IMG/VR virus record: IMGVR_UViG_3300029811_000161
Direction: 5' to 3' (one strand)
Source of the DNA: a virus
Length of the DNA stretch: 64,000 nt
Under the pieces are notes generated by a model. That model had not been told where the DNA came from and made no database searches. It saw only the letters and a program-made list of their open reading frames with translations. Position 1 is the stretch's first letter. Every line of letters begins with the position of its first letter. The position numbers and the translations under genes are program-made. Shown piece by piece: positions 19,273-29,454 of the stretch.

Positions 19273-20760
19273 ATGCCGGTATACAAAGTGGTGTCCAAAA
19301 ACGGACGAAGCTATACGATTGGAACCGATAACATACTCGGTGTAACACGAACGATAGCGTGTGTAGGTGAATTCCCACCCGACGACATCGTTAAAATTGT
19401 CGAGGTCGAAGAGCGTGACGGTGTATGGCATGAGGTGACAACCGATGAATCTAACATGCACACGTAAAGGACACGACTTCGAGGAGATCTACCCGCTCAG
19501 GAGCGATCGGTGGATCAAGATCAACACCCGGTTTCTGCAATGTACTCGATGCGGCAAAGTCAAACGTGAAGGACCACCACACGACGAACTGAAGAACCGG
19601 CTCACTGGCGGCAAGATCTACGAATATCACAGGGAGATGTGCAAGGAGGAACCATGAAAGCAATAACAGAAGGAGACTGCCAGATCGTGCGTGATCTGCA
19701 CGACGAAGGGCTCAGCGATGGGATGATAGCGCATCGATTCGGCTGGACGACAACGCATGTGAGGAACATCTACAACGTGCCGGAAGGAATGTTTTGAACG
19801 GAGGATACAACGATGAACATAATGGATCACCCAAGGGTTATCGCAATATTGGATATATTGCAGGATCGACTGGACGAGGATGAAGAATATTTCGACACCG
19901 TGCTTGACGACATCGAGGATGGGTTATAATGGAACATGAAAACATCGGTATCAACATTGCCCAGTATGCGGAAAACTGGCAATCATCATCAATGGAGTGT
20001 TGATCTGTGATGACTGTGGACATCGGGAGCGACGATGAACGACAAGATCGAGAAGCTACTTGAGCAGATCAAGAAAGACTTTCCGGTTGGGTGTGATGGC
20101 ATCCTATGTGAGAACTGCCCACTCGACAATCACAGTGATGATGGCACGCCAGAATCTGCTGTATGCGAGATGCTGAGCATACTTGAATATCAGAAACAAA
20201 TAACCGAGAACCCTTAATTGGGATCTCGGTAACTCTTTTTTTGGAGGTGATATATTGGATAAGACAACGATAGACAAGCTGTGGAATGATAGCAAAGGAT
20301 TTAAGAAGTTTTGGAGAAGCTACTTTTTCATGGTGACCCATCCAAAACAATGCCTACGACTACTTAATTTTGCGTGTAAAGTGTTACGTGTTCACAAAAT
20401 CTCGATGGAGGACCAATGAACGGAGGAACACAAACATCGATGGATGAGATCAGAGCGGGCATGCGAACAGCGGGAGAAGCGCTATTCAAGAAGTGTGGAT
20501 CTTGCGGGAATTTCGACGACTGGAACGCAGCGGGAACCAACGAGTTCAAGTATCCGCATGAAGTTGAGATCAATGGAACATTGTACTCTTGGCGAGTCAG
20601 TGAATCACATAGAACTGGGCGGTGCTTGTGTACAGCGAGAGAGATGTGGGTGTGGGGTGGGCGGATACCCCAACGCACAAAGTTTTCAGTTGGAACCCAG
20701 CTAACCAAAACACATCTAAACAAGATCATCCAGATCATCAGCAAAGACCAAGACCTTTAA
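19273..20760 (+). other. Small hypothetical ORFs, several Cys-rich (19273-19467, 19445-19657, 20035-20217, ~20256-20420 TTG start, 20416-20760)
   Basis: SD-preceded tightly packed ORFs; CxxxxH/CxxC motifs. Confidence 0.65.
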
Positions 20761-21060
20761 CCGGGTCTTGGTCTCTTAATTTTTTTGGAGAAAATCGAGG
20801 CTACTCAGAAGCCCACAGAGCCACGATCTCAACCCAACCCACACACTACCATTCACAAAGAACAAACCGGAGCACACAGAGCGACAGAAGGCTTTAAGTA
20901 CAACGCCATCGATGGATGTTATTGTCTTCGTATGACACTCCTGATCGTGGCAGGCTAACCCCCAACACAGTCCTCCCGACTCCACAACTGCCACGACACT
21001 GCCGGCGCTTCAAAATCCGTTCGCAAACTCTTTTACAGCGCCGGTACAAGACCCTGAGTG

Positions 21061-21076
21061 CAAACCCTTAAGTACC
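21061..21076 (+). promoter_or_regulatory. Copy of conserved promoter motif (CAAACCCTTAAGTACC)
   Basis: 15/16 match to 2510-2525. Confidence 0.55.
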
Positions 21077-21334
21077 ACACAACACAAGAACTTACTGTTT
21101 CACCAAGCCTCACATCCCAAGCGGCACCGAGGGTTTACCTGTTCCTCCCGGTGCCGCCATCAAAAGCTACACCCGCAGCCGATGCTGGTTATATTTTACA
21201 CCAAGAGCGAATAGACCAAAACAACCGCATCGACGAGTGCGATTCATTTGTTTGTATACAAATCAAATTCATGATTTTTGGGTTCACTGGTACTAAATAG
21301 TTAATAGGGGTAATGGAAAAATAGACCTAAACCA

Positions 21335-21682
21335 ATGACCCTAAACTACGACCCGCCTGGAAAACCAACGCCAGCCGAACAAATACGCCAAGAAAGAGAA
21401 CTGATGGCGATACCACGGAATCTGACAAACAAACAAAAGTCCTGCCCAATCAAATCATCGCTACCTCCGAGCTACGCTGCAATCCTTGGTCCATGCATCG
21501 AGTACGCATATCGAAAAGTGATACAAGAGCCGGAACCACACCGATTAATCAGCCGCAAAACAGAGTATATGTTCGTTCAGAGGGCAGTAAAAGAATATAT
21601 GAACGCTATAGTGTTAGATGCACGCCAAAACGGCGTGTATATAGGACTGAAAGAGGAAAACCCCGATAATACAGACCCCTAA
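21335..21682 (+). CDS. Hypothetical protein, possible RHH-like C-terminus
   Basis: 115-aa isolated ORF; YMFVQRAVKEYM helix. Confidence 0.6.
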   Translation: MTLNYDPPGKPTPAEQIRQERELMAIPRNLTNKQKSCPIKSSLPPSYAAILGPCIEYAYRKVIQEPEPHRLISRKTEYMFVQRAVKEYMNAIVLDARQNGVYIGLKEENPDNTDP

Positions 21683-21991
21683 CCCTTAAGAAGCGATACG
21701 CCTCCTTCTTTAATCAGCCTAATTGCTACCCTTCACCTAAATTAGTGCTTACTGTACCTGTTTCTACAATAGTCACCATGTAGAATCGTGTACAATCATT
21801 GAGAATCATGTACAATCTTTTGGACTCCAATTCTCCCCGCGTGTAAGCTACAAACACGCTTGACTTGATAGTTGACTATGCCTCAGCCATCAAGTCCTCT
21901 CAGATCGCATGAGATTCGATCCTCAAGCGAATCCTGAGCACATCTGCAACCACATCGTGAGCAAACCCAACATCATCATCGATGCGGTCGT

Positions 21992-22147
21992 TCAACCATG
22001 CTTGTTAGCTGCCAACTCTAACGGACACGGCTCGTATGGCTCATCAAACACAATCGACCCAGTCAACACACATTCATCAAAATACCCACCAGTGACTAAC
22101 TTGCGTTGAATCAGATACTCACAACCATCACATTTTTTCGACATCAT
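21992..22147 (-). CDS. Small Cys-rich protein
   Basis: MMSKKCDGCEY...ECVLTG...PCP; GGTGA SD places the start at 22147, not 22312. Confidence 0.55.
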   Translation of the reverse strand: MMSKKCDGCEYLIQRKLVTGGYFDECVLTGSIVFDEPYEPCPLELAANKHG

Positions 22148-22249
22148 AATCACCAATCGATCAGTGCGCTTACAACCATGTAAAACCATCGATGCGGTCA
22201 TTCCTTCTCGCCAAATTCGAGCATAATTTTTCCCCTGGTCTCGGTACAC

Positions 22250-22540
22250 GTCCGGCATCATGGAAAAGAACCTTGAAGTACGTGACTGCTTTTCCATGCC
22301 GCAGGACTTCACCCCGGGCGCCTACACCCACGGCAGTCAGCCCCAGTACGCAACCATTGCCACCGCAAGTCCCGACAACGTCCGGCAATCAGACGCAGAA
22401 GTTTGAAGTACGTGACTGCTGCGTCTAATCACCAGACAACACCACGGGTGGGTAGACCACAACAGGTCTGTTCCTACGCAACAACAACCACCACACGGGT
22501 CAAAACATTAACAAACAAACGTCCGGCATTACAGCCAGAC
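22250..22540 (-). ncRNA. Candidate structured RNA: repeated stem-loops with conserved 20-nt loop
   Basis: Two 58-nt units (22250-22307, 22380-22437) with 19-bp stems of different inner sequence, shared loop; G-U pairs favour the minus strand; third short hairpin 22521-22540. Confidence 0.65.
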
Positions 22541-22725
22541 AACAACCCCAAACAACCTCAATCGAGACGATTGTTCAATTCCTTCAGTGCCTTCTCCATC
22601 GCTTTTCGTTCCAAAACACACGAACCACGATATCCATCCTCATCCACATCAAGCGCTGCACATAATTCATACTCAATTTTTGCATCGACATAATCAACGA
22701 TCGCTTTAACCTCGTTTGGTTTCAT

Positions 22726-23323
22726 TCAAATCACCTTCTCGACACTGGTAACCTTGCCATCCCGATCCACAAATGCCCTATACTCAACATCACCTGGTGT
22801 AATCACGGAGCATACATTGCACACAACATCGAATCCACCTCCAACCGGTTCTATGCTGTGCGCCTGAAATCCCATGACCGGGCACACCCCGGCTATTCCC
22901 TCGAAATACTCACGAACTTTGATCGCTGCTTGTGTAGCATCCAATTTAATCACCTCTCATCGATGGTCTTTTTGATTTCATCGATTGGATATTCATCTAC
23001 TTCGAGGTTGTAAACCCCAAAGCAAAGTGTATCGATGACATCATTAACCACCTTTCGATCGCCATGGATTGTTATCTGCACAGGACTGGACACCCCATCG
23101 TCTGTATCAACACGAAGATCGAAAACTCGTTCTATTTCATCCATTTCAATATCACCTCTCATCGACGGTTATACAATCCTCTCAACTTCTTTCGCTCAAT
23201 CTCAAGCTCCTTGGTCTGTGCCTGCAATGCCATGCTCACACTCGGCGATGCGTCTTTGATCTGCTTATGGAGTTCTTGGATCTCATCAGCGATCTCAACG
23301 ATGCGGTTGTGTATGAAACTCAT
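22726..23323 (-). other. Three small ORFs (22726-22953, 22950-~23144, 23159-23323 coiled coil)
   Basis: SD-coupled minus-strand ORFs. Confidence 0.65.
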
Positions 23324-23329
23324 CGTTGA

Positions 23330-23479
23330 TCACCACATCCGCACAAACATGAACCCGACCACAAACGAAAGGACACAGCAGAGCCAAAACCAAACCGCTC
23401 GGCTTTTCCTACCATCATCGTAACCATCATGGTAGCCATCCCAATATGCGATCTGTTTTGTTTCCCATTTATCATCCAT
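23330..23479 (-). CDS. Single-pass membrane microprotein, 49 aa
   Basis: MDDKWETKQIAYWDGYHDGYDDGRKSRAVWFWLCCVLSFVVGFMFVRMW. Confidence 0.65.
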   Translation of the reverse strand: MDDKWETKQIAYWDGYHDGYDDGRKSRAVWFWLCCVLSFVVGFMFVRMW

Positions 23480-23485
23480 CGATGG

Positions 23486-23614
23486 TCACCACCAACATCT
23501 GCATATCAACCAACCAGTCACATTACCAAGCAGAAACCCAGCGACTCCAACGGCAAAGATGATCATGCGCACCCATCCTTCATCGATTAGACTGGTCAGT
23601 TCTTTATCATCCAT
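23486..23614 (-). CDS. Single-pass membrane microprotein, 42 aa
   Basis: MDDKELTSLIDEGWVRMIIFAVGVAGFLLGNVTGWLICRCWW. Confidence 0.6.
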   Translation of the reverse strand: MDDKELTSLIDEGWVRMIIFAVGVAGFLLGNVTGWLICRCWW

Positions 23615-23620
23615 CGATGG

Positions 23621-23800
23621 TCACCACATATACCCAACAGTGAAGCCTGCGCCAAGCATGGCAATACCAACGAACACAAGCCAGTAAAACCATATTCGTT
23701 CATCATGGCATCCTTCCACATAACCAATTTTAACACCATCGAGGTGACCATCCCAATAACAAGCCGCTTGTTGCTGTTCTTCACATTCTTTCAAAGACAT
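23621..23800 (-). CDS. Single-pass membrane microprotein, 59 aa
   Basis: MSLKECEEQQQAACYWDGHLDGVKIGYVEGCHDERIWFYWLVFVGIAMLGAGFTVGYMW. Confidence 0.65.
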   Translation of the reverse strand: MSLKECEEQQQAACYWDGHLDGVKIGYVEGCHDERIWFYWLVFVGIAMLGAGFTVGYMW

Positions 23801-24040
23801 TCAATCACCACGCTCCTCGATTATTTTGGCTATCTCCTTCATCCTAACATCCGGACTGCGTTCCAAACCATGATCCCAAGCCTCAACAACATCGATGATC
23901 TTATCCAACGCCACGGAATCAATCGCAAGCCGCTCGTTCTCATGCTGGAGACGCACAACACCAACACTTTCCACGAAAACATCATGCACAACATCATCGA
24001 TGGTCTGTCCTTCCTCATCAACATGGATTATTATCTTCAT
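23801..24040 (-). CDS. Hypothetical acidic protein
   Basis: 79 aa, GGAG SD. Confidence 0.6.
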   Translation of the reverse strand: MKIIIHVDEEGQTIDDVVHDVFVESVGVVRLQHENERLAIDSVALDKIIDVVEAWDHGLERSPDVRMKEIAKIIEERGD

Positions 24041-24144
24041 CTTCTCAACTCCTTCATACAGCCGTTCTAAGGTGGGTCACTTCCAAAGACATACCAGCAT
24101 ATACCCTGTACCATGATCGTTGAACCACGGGGCTAACAGCACGT

Positions 24145-24453
24145 CTACAAAGCAACTGGATCACTTCCATCGGTGTGTTCATGATACCATCCAATCGTTT
24201 CAGCCGGAGCAACATACTCGTATGGATCACGAGTATCTGGGACACGTTCGATGATGCCACGGACAAACAAGCTTTTGAGACGCATCGGGTGACAGGAAAC
24301 ATTTTTCCATGTAAAACCATCGACATCAAGCATAAGCCCGTCTCGATGTAAGGCATCAAGCTTCAATGCCTCGACGCAGCAAGCAATCACCAGATCCCAG
24401 TTCTTGCCACGCAGGTTCTTCAGGTAAAGGTTTGACATGCTCACACCAAGCAA
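24145..24453 (-). CDS. Hypothetical protein, possible winged helix
   Basis: LKSLFVRGIIERV..YEY pattern. Confidence 0.55.
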   Translation of the reverse strand: MLGVSMSNLYLKNLRGKNWDLVIACCVEALKLDALHRDGLMLDVDGFTWKNVSCHPMRLKSLFVRGIIERVPDTRDPYEYVAPAETIGWYHEHTDGSDPVAL

Positions 24454-24641
24454 TTTTCTGCTTCTGTTGCAAGTCGCATAAATTCGTTAGCAAGCAACTC
24501 TTTACCTTCTCGTACACTTATAAGCGACTCCATCTGAAGACGAATAACGAGGAGGTTTTTCTGGTTTATGTCAGTTTTGAGTATGTATTCACCAGTCTCT
24601 TCATCCATTTATATCACAACCGAAAAAATAAAATGCAGACC

Positions 24642-24857
24642 TCAAAGGGTCTGCTGTGCATTCTCGCCGATGGTAAATGCCACGGTCTTACCGACTCCAC
24701 CGAACAGGTCATCAAACACATCCTGGGCATCAGCCGTGAACATCATCTTAACCTTCACATCGGTGCCCTGGTAGTTGAACTCGCCAGACAGAGGGCAAGT
24801 ATCGTCTTTCACTCTCGACGTCTTTATGTCGTCTACATTCATTTCAATTGTTGTCAT
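24642..24857 (-). CDS. Small beta-rich hypothetical protein
   Basis: ATGA overlap with upstream ORF. Confidence 0.65.
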   Translation of the reverse strand: MTTIEMNVDDIKTSRVKDDTCPLSGEFNYQGTDVKVKMMFTADAQDVFDDLFGGVGKTVAFTIGENAQQTL

Positions 24858-26026
24858 GGTTTATTCCTCTTGGATTCATTGGTATCGATGTGTTTTTCAA
24901 TCCGCTCAAGCCTGTCGTTGAGCTTGCATGAATCGTGACGAAGTCCATCGATGGTGTCTTGTTTTTCATGACGATCCTTTCGTAGAGACGAGATGATTGC
25001 ATCCCGGTCAGTAACTTCCTGCGTCAACCGATCGATGCGGTCATTATGTCTATCTTCGTTGCGTTTGCGCTCGACGATTTCATGCGCCAGCTTTTCGATG
25101 TGCCTGTCTCGCTCATCAACACGGTTCCGCTCATCATCGATGATCTCACGAAACCGGTCGATTTCCACATCCTTGAGCATCAGCTGAAGATTCTTTGAGA
25201 TGATTGTGTCATCCTTCTGACCGTGGAGATGTTTCAACTCATCGATGGTTTGTTGTTGCTGCTTAACCTCAACTACTTCCTCATCGGTGTACAACACCCA
25301 CATATCACAACTAAGGAGCAAGCGTACTGCCGCCGTCTTATCCTCATCGATGATGTGTACTCCATCTGTCTCATGCACAACTTGGATGCCAATGCTCGGT
25401 GCTTTGAGCGTGACAACTTGTTCATCATAACTACTCCAATCGTTTATGATGTTGCATATTTTACCGATTGCGCTACCATGATAAGTATTATGGCAGAAAG
25501 CATCGGTGACCTCTTGAATCGATTTAAGAGTAGCAAAACAACCATACACATCGATTGACATGTTCTCTGCAACAACCGGGCTTTCCGGTGCATCGCGGTA
25601 ATCTTTAACGATGACAGCTATTTGATATGCTGCATCAGAGTTCCGTATTTCTTCATCATTGATGATCTCGACAACCTGCATAAGCGTCCTGGAATCCTCT
25701 TTACGAGCAGAGAGTTCAGCTTCGAGAGCTTCAAACTCATGTTCTCTTGTGTCAAGCACTCCTTTGAGATATTTGATTGTGCCATCCCGCGTCATAACGG
25801 TCTGTTTGAGTTCATCGATGTATCCATCACGACCAGCAACATCCTCACGCAGTCCCTTGATCATCCGAGCATACATTTCATGATCGAGCGTTGTGTTCAC
25901 ATCAGCAGGTTTCGACTCATGTTTAAAACGATCGAGAACTTCTTGTGCATTGCGCTCCTTAATCTGCAAACGAAGCATCTCAACCTCGTTTTTCTTGTCT
26001 GCGATCTCGTTATCAGTTATTACCAT
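24854..26026 (-). CDS. Long coiled-coil protein
   Basis: Heptad-rich E/K/R/D helices at both ends, 390 aa. Confidence 0.75.
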   Translation of the reverse strand: MVITDNEIADKKNEVEMLRLQIKERNAQEVLDRFKHESKPADVNTTLDHEMYARMIKGLREDVAGRDGYIDELKQTVMTRDGTIKYLKGVLDTREHEFEALEAELSARKEDSRTLMQVVEIINDEEIRNSDAAYQIAVIVKDYRDAPESPVVAENMSIDVYGCFATLKSIQEVTDAFCHNTYHGSAIGKICNIINDWSSYDEQVVTLKAPSIGIQVVHETDGVHIIDEDKTAAVRLLLSCDMWVLYTDEEVVEVKQQQQTIDELKHLHGQKDDTIISKNLQLMLKDVEIDRFREIIDDERNRVDERDRHIEKLAHEIVERKRNEDRHNDRIDRLTQEVTDRDAIISSLRKDRHEKQDTIDGLRHDSCKLNDRLERIEKHIDTNESKRNKP

Positions 26027-26029
26027 TTC

Positions 26030-26233
26030 TCAGTCCTCCATAAATGTGTCATCATCAACGGATGTGTTTGTTTTTGGAGCATGTTTCTTGATGAAATCCA
26101 TAAGCTCCGTGTGTTCGTCTTCTGTTTCAGCGATTAATGTGAACGGCTGTTCAGGCATCTCCTCAAATGTGTCTTTCGATGCAACATACACAATCCTTGG
26201 GAAGTTGTTGGTTGCAATAGTGAATACCCTCAT
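26030..26233 (-). CDS. Hypothetical protein
   Basis: GGAG SD, 67 aa. Confidence 0.6.
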   Translation of the reverse strand: MRVFTIATNNFPRIVYVASKDTFEEMPEQPFTLIAETEDEHTELMDFIKKHAPKTNTSVDDDTFMED

Positions 26234-26384
26234 ACTTCCGATTCCTCCGTGATTTCATTGATTCTCTGTAGCATATCAATCAACTGTTCTTCACGAGTCC
26301 TGTAATGAACGATCTCCGCATCGAGCCGGTCGATCTGTGCATGTGCTGAATCCAAGTCGGGATACAAGCTACGATTGATTTTAC

Positions 26385-26621
26385 TCATCGTTGTTCACCT
26401 TTTTCTTCGAGATGCTCACGGTTTGTCACATCGATTGCCCACTTCATCCGGAGCTTATCAACTATGCCGGTTTCATCCTTTTCGACGAATGCTCGGATCA
26501 GTTCAACCGCTCGGTGAAATAGCACTGTGAATGTTGGACGGGACTTCTCCTCGATGTTGAAGAGTTTGATGAGGTATTCTGCATCTTCAGCCAGTATACC
26601 GATCCTACGTTTTTTCGCCAT
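26385..26621 (-). CDS. RHH-like regulator heading the minus-strand block
   Basis: KRRIGILAEDAEYLIKL...FTVLFHRAVE; conserved promoter just upstream. Confidence 0.6.
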   Translation of the reverse strand: MAKKRRIGILAEDAEYLIKLFNIEEKSRPTFTVLFHRAVELIRAFVEKDETGIVDKLRMKWAIDVTNREHLEEKGEQR

Positions 26622-26638
26622 GCACAGTAATCGGTATT

Positions 26639-26657
26639 CACGGTACTTAAAGGTTTG
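26639..26657 (-). promoter_or_regulatory. Copy of conserved promoter motif
   Basis: Reverse complement identical to 2510-2528. Confidence 0.65.
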
Positions 26658-26849
26658 TGTTGCGCGAGATAAGACACGATCGAAACATTTTTATACGATG
26701 GCGGTAGAGGTAAAAGTGGTGCTGATGCTAGGCGCGGTCTGATCCACTGCGCCGCACGTCCTTCCTACGAAGGATAAAGCAAGGTACATGGATAGGACGT
26801 GATTAAACGAGTCACAAAAACAATAGCAACAGCGCTCGTGGGGATCGGA

Positions 26850-28667
26850 ATGAACTCTGATCCAAGATACCTCGAAACAAAACACATACTGAAAGAGATC
26901 GATGATTATCTACCGACGAAGTTGTACAAAACCACGAGAGCTGGAGCAACGACGGGATTGTGTGCAAATGCGATAGATTCAAAACTACGGTTTGTTTTAT
27001 TTGCTCCGACGAAGGAGATTGCTCATAAAACTATTAAGAACTCGATAAAATACTCAAATAAAGCCGATGCAAACATTAAACTTCTTTTAAGCAACCACGC
27101 ATGTCTAAAAAATAAGAAGATGGTTGAGGAGTATCCAGATGTTGGGAAGATACCGATTCTACCGTTGCCGGGAAAATGTGAAGAATGTAAATACTTCCAT
27201 CGATGCCCAGTGACAGACTTCATAAGATCGAGTATTCGGGACATTAACGGTGTTGGGTTGACGTACCAGAAGCTTATGGCGATCATGTTTAGTGACTCGG
27301 ATACAGCAGACACGATAAAAAGACGATTGACACATGCAAAAGTGTTCATCTTCGATGAGGCGCATAATTATGAGACTCCTGATGTTGTAAGTATTCAGAT
27401 GTATCCACATCATGATTTGAGTAGATATCAAGAACTTTTTGAGAAAAATAAGAAGATTCTTCCGTTTTTGGAGAGATTCGCAGAGTTAAAACACCGATTG
27501 CAATCACATGTCATGGAATTGGTACAGGTTAAGGATGATGCATTGAAGAACCGGATGGCTATCGATCTGAAAGACCACAACGCTATGAACTTCAAGCAGA
27601 CGGTGAAAGCGTTGAAAGAGATCATTGATGTGATGAAGCATCGCGACGATTTTGGTCTATCCATCGAAGAGGTTTTATTCATATTCGATGTGATAATGGT
27701 TCTTTCGACTGATAAACTTGTTTTACACTACATAAAAACTGATAACGGGGATTCTGTACACCTGTCTGCAAAAGACGGTTTGCATCTATCAACAAAAATG
27801 TTTTTAGGGATGTTAGACCCGAAGAAAAAGAAAAAGATCATTTTCACGAGCGCAACTTTCGGAGATTATGATTATACACAGCTTGTTGGGTTTCATCATC
27901 AAGTTGTGATGCCTGATGTGATGAGCTCGAATGAGAAGATGACGATCTATCCAGACACGTTCAAGTTAGACGATATAAATTACAGCAAGCGATACGCCGA
28001 AAGGATCATCGATGAAGCAGAAATGTACGAGAAGAAATATCCAGGGATTAGGTTTGTGTGTATGAAGAAGAACGTTGCGTTCTGGCTGTACTACAGGCTC
28101 GAAGAGCGTGGATATAAGATCAATATTGATTACTACCGCAGTGATAGGACTCTCGGGGTATCATCTGATGAACGACGATGTATTTGTGTTGGTGCACCGA
28201 CTTCCCCGATAAATGCTTTCGATGGTATTGTTGATACTTTTGAGCAATCGCAGAAACGAAGGGTTGACGGGAACTATGCAGCGTTTTGGCAGGCGATAAG
28301 CAGGTTTAAAGATCCAGCCGGCATCGATAATTCGTTTATCCATTGTATTGGTGTGAAGGAATCGGAAATTAAGAAGATGATTACGTGGGGTATGAACCGA
28401 AAATTATATATGAAAGGAATCGTATGTTCGAGAGTTTTGGCAGACGACAATTTCGCTATGCCGCGGCTGTTATCCAAAAATCGGCTTCGCGTCATTAAAA
28501 TGATAAAACGATATAAAAATATCTCACATAACGATTTACGCAGAAGACTTGAGATGAAGGCGGACGAGCTTAACGGAATCTTATCTATCTTGAAAAAGGA
28601 CGGTACGATACGGAACGATGTTGTAAAAACAAAAACAAAACCCGTGAGGTCATATTCGATGGCGTAG
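26850..28667 (+). CDS. SF2 (XPD/DinG-like) helicase homolog with degenerate Walker A and C-terminal winged helix
   Basis: TTRAGATT, FAPTKEI, Cys cluster HAC..CEECKYFHRC, IFDEAH, TSAT, WQAISR; C-terminal HTH. Confidence 0.7.
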   Translation: MNSDPRYLETKHILKEIDDYLPTKLYKTTRAGATTGLCANAIDSKLRFVLFAPTKEIAHKTIKNSIKYSNKADANIKLLLSNHACLKNKKMVEEYPDVGKIPILPLPGKCEECKYFHRCPVTDFIRSSIRDINGVGLTYQKLMAIMFSDSDTADTIKRRLTHAKVFIFDEAHNYETPDVVSIQMYPHHDLSRYQELFEKNKKILPFLERFAELKHRLQSHVMELVQVKDDALKNRMAIDLKDHNAMNFKQTVKALKEIIDVMKHRDDFGLSIEEVLFIFDVIMVLSTDKLVLHYIKTDNGDSVHLSAKDGLHLSTKMFLGMLDPKKKKKIIFTSATFGDYDYTQLVGFHHQVVMPDVMSSNEKMTIYPDTFKLDDINYSKRYAERIIDEAEMYEKKYPGIRFVCMKKNVAFWLYYRLEERGYKINIDYYRSDRTLGVSSDERRCICVGAPTSPINAFDGIVDTFEQSQKRRVDGNYAAFWQAISRFKDPAGIDNSFIHCIGVKESEIKKMITWGMNRKLYMKGIVCSRVLADDNFAMPRLLSKNRLRVIKMIKRYKNISHNDLRRRLEMKADELNGILSILKKDGTIRNDVVKTKTKPVRSYSMA

Positions 28668-28830
28668 ATATAATAGGGTAATTGCCATAGTTAATAATAA
28701 CTATGTACAGAACCCTACTGTATTTGGCACACATTTATAAAAAATACCAAAAACAATCACCGATCAAAGTTATCAATCGCCCGATGATTTTATCGCGGTG
28801 GTCATAACAAAATCACATGAGGAATAAACC

Positions 28831-29178
28831 ATGAACAACGAAACAGAAAAAAACGATATAACCGAAGCAGATATCAATAAAGACGTTTTGATAGGCTATG
28901 CAATCGTTAAAGGGGTGTATGAAAAACAATACATCTACAAAGTGCCGATCGTTGGTTGGTGGGAAGAGTTCGACGATGATTCCATCGATTTAGAAGACGA
29001 TGATGAAGTTATCGGCGTGATTACCGCTATACCTGGATCATATAAGGTGTCTGGTGTTGATAGTGACGGAAGAACACTGATAGCACTGGGATACGAATTT
29101 CCCGGAGCATATCACCCAGACTGGATAGAAGAATTGAAACTTAGACGAAAAGCAAATGCGTTATCGTCCCAAAAATGA
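28831..29178 (+). CDS. Acidic hypothetical protein
   Basis: GAGG SD, 115 aa. Confidence 0.65.
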   Translation: MNNETEKNDITEADINKDVLIGYAIVKGVYEKQYIYKVPIVGWWEEFDDDSIDLEDDDEVIGVITAIPGSYKVSGVDSDGRTLIALGYEFPGAYHPDWIEELKLRRKANALSSQK

Positions 29179-29454
29179 AAAGCTACATCGCAACCTGCAC
29201 AGACTGCCAGGAATGCCGGAGAACACGCGATGAGCCATGCGAGGAACCGATGTCTTCGGGCGAGTGCGCGTTGATTGACAACAACCATCGATGATGTCGT
29301 TTGTTTTGCACGCGGACCGATGCCTTTAAATAACATCAATGGTAATGTTAATATTGCCTCTGTCAGACGACTCAGCCGTTGCGCGATATGCACTGAGTCG
29401 TTGTATTGCCGACAACGGGTTTGGCAGGGGCTACGAATCATCGGAGAAATCGAA

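Noticed and set aside
22248-22528. ACGTCCGGCA x3 as a mini-CRISPR array
   Set aside because: Periods of 130 and 141 bp and only 10-18 bp of identity do not fit CRISPR repeat-spacer geometry; no cas genes. Kept as a structured-RNA candidate instead.
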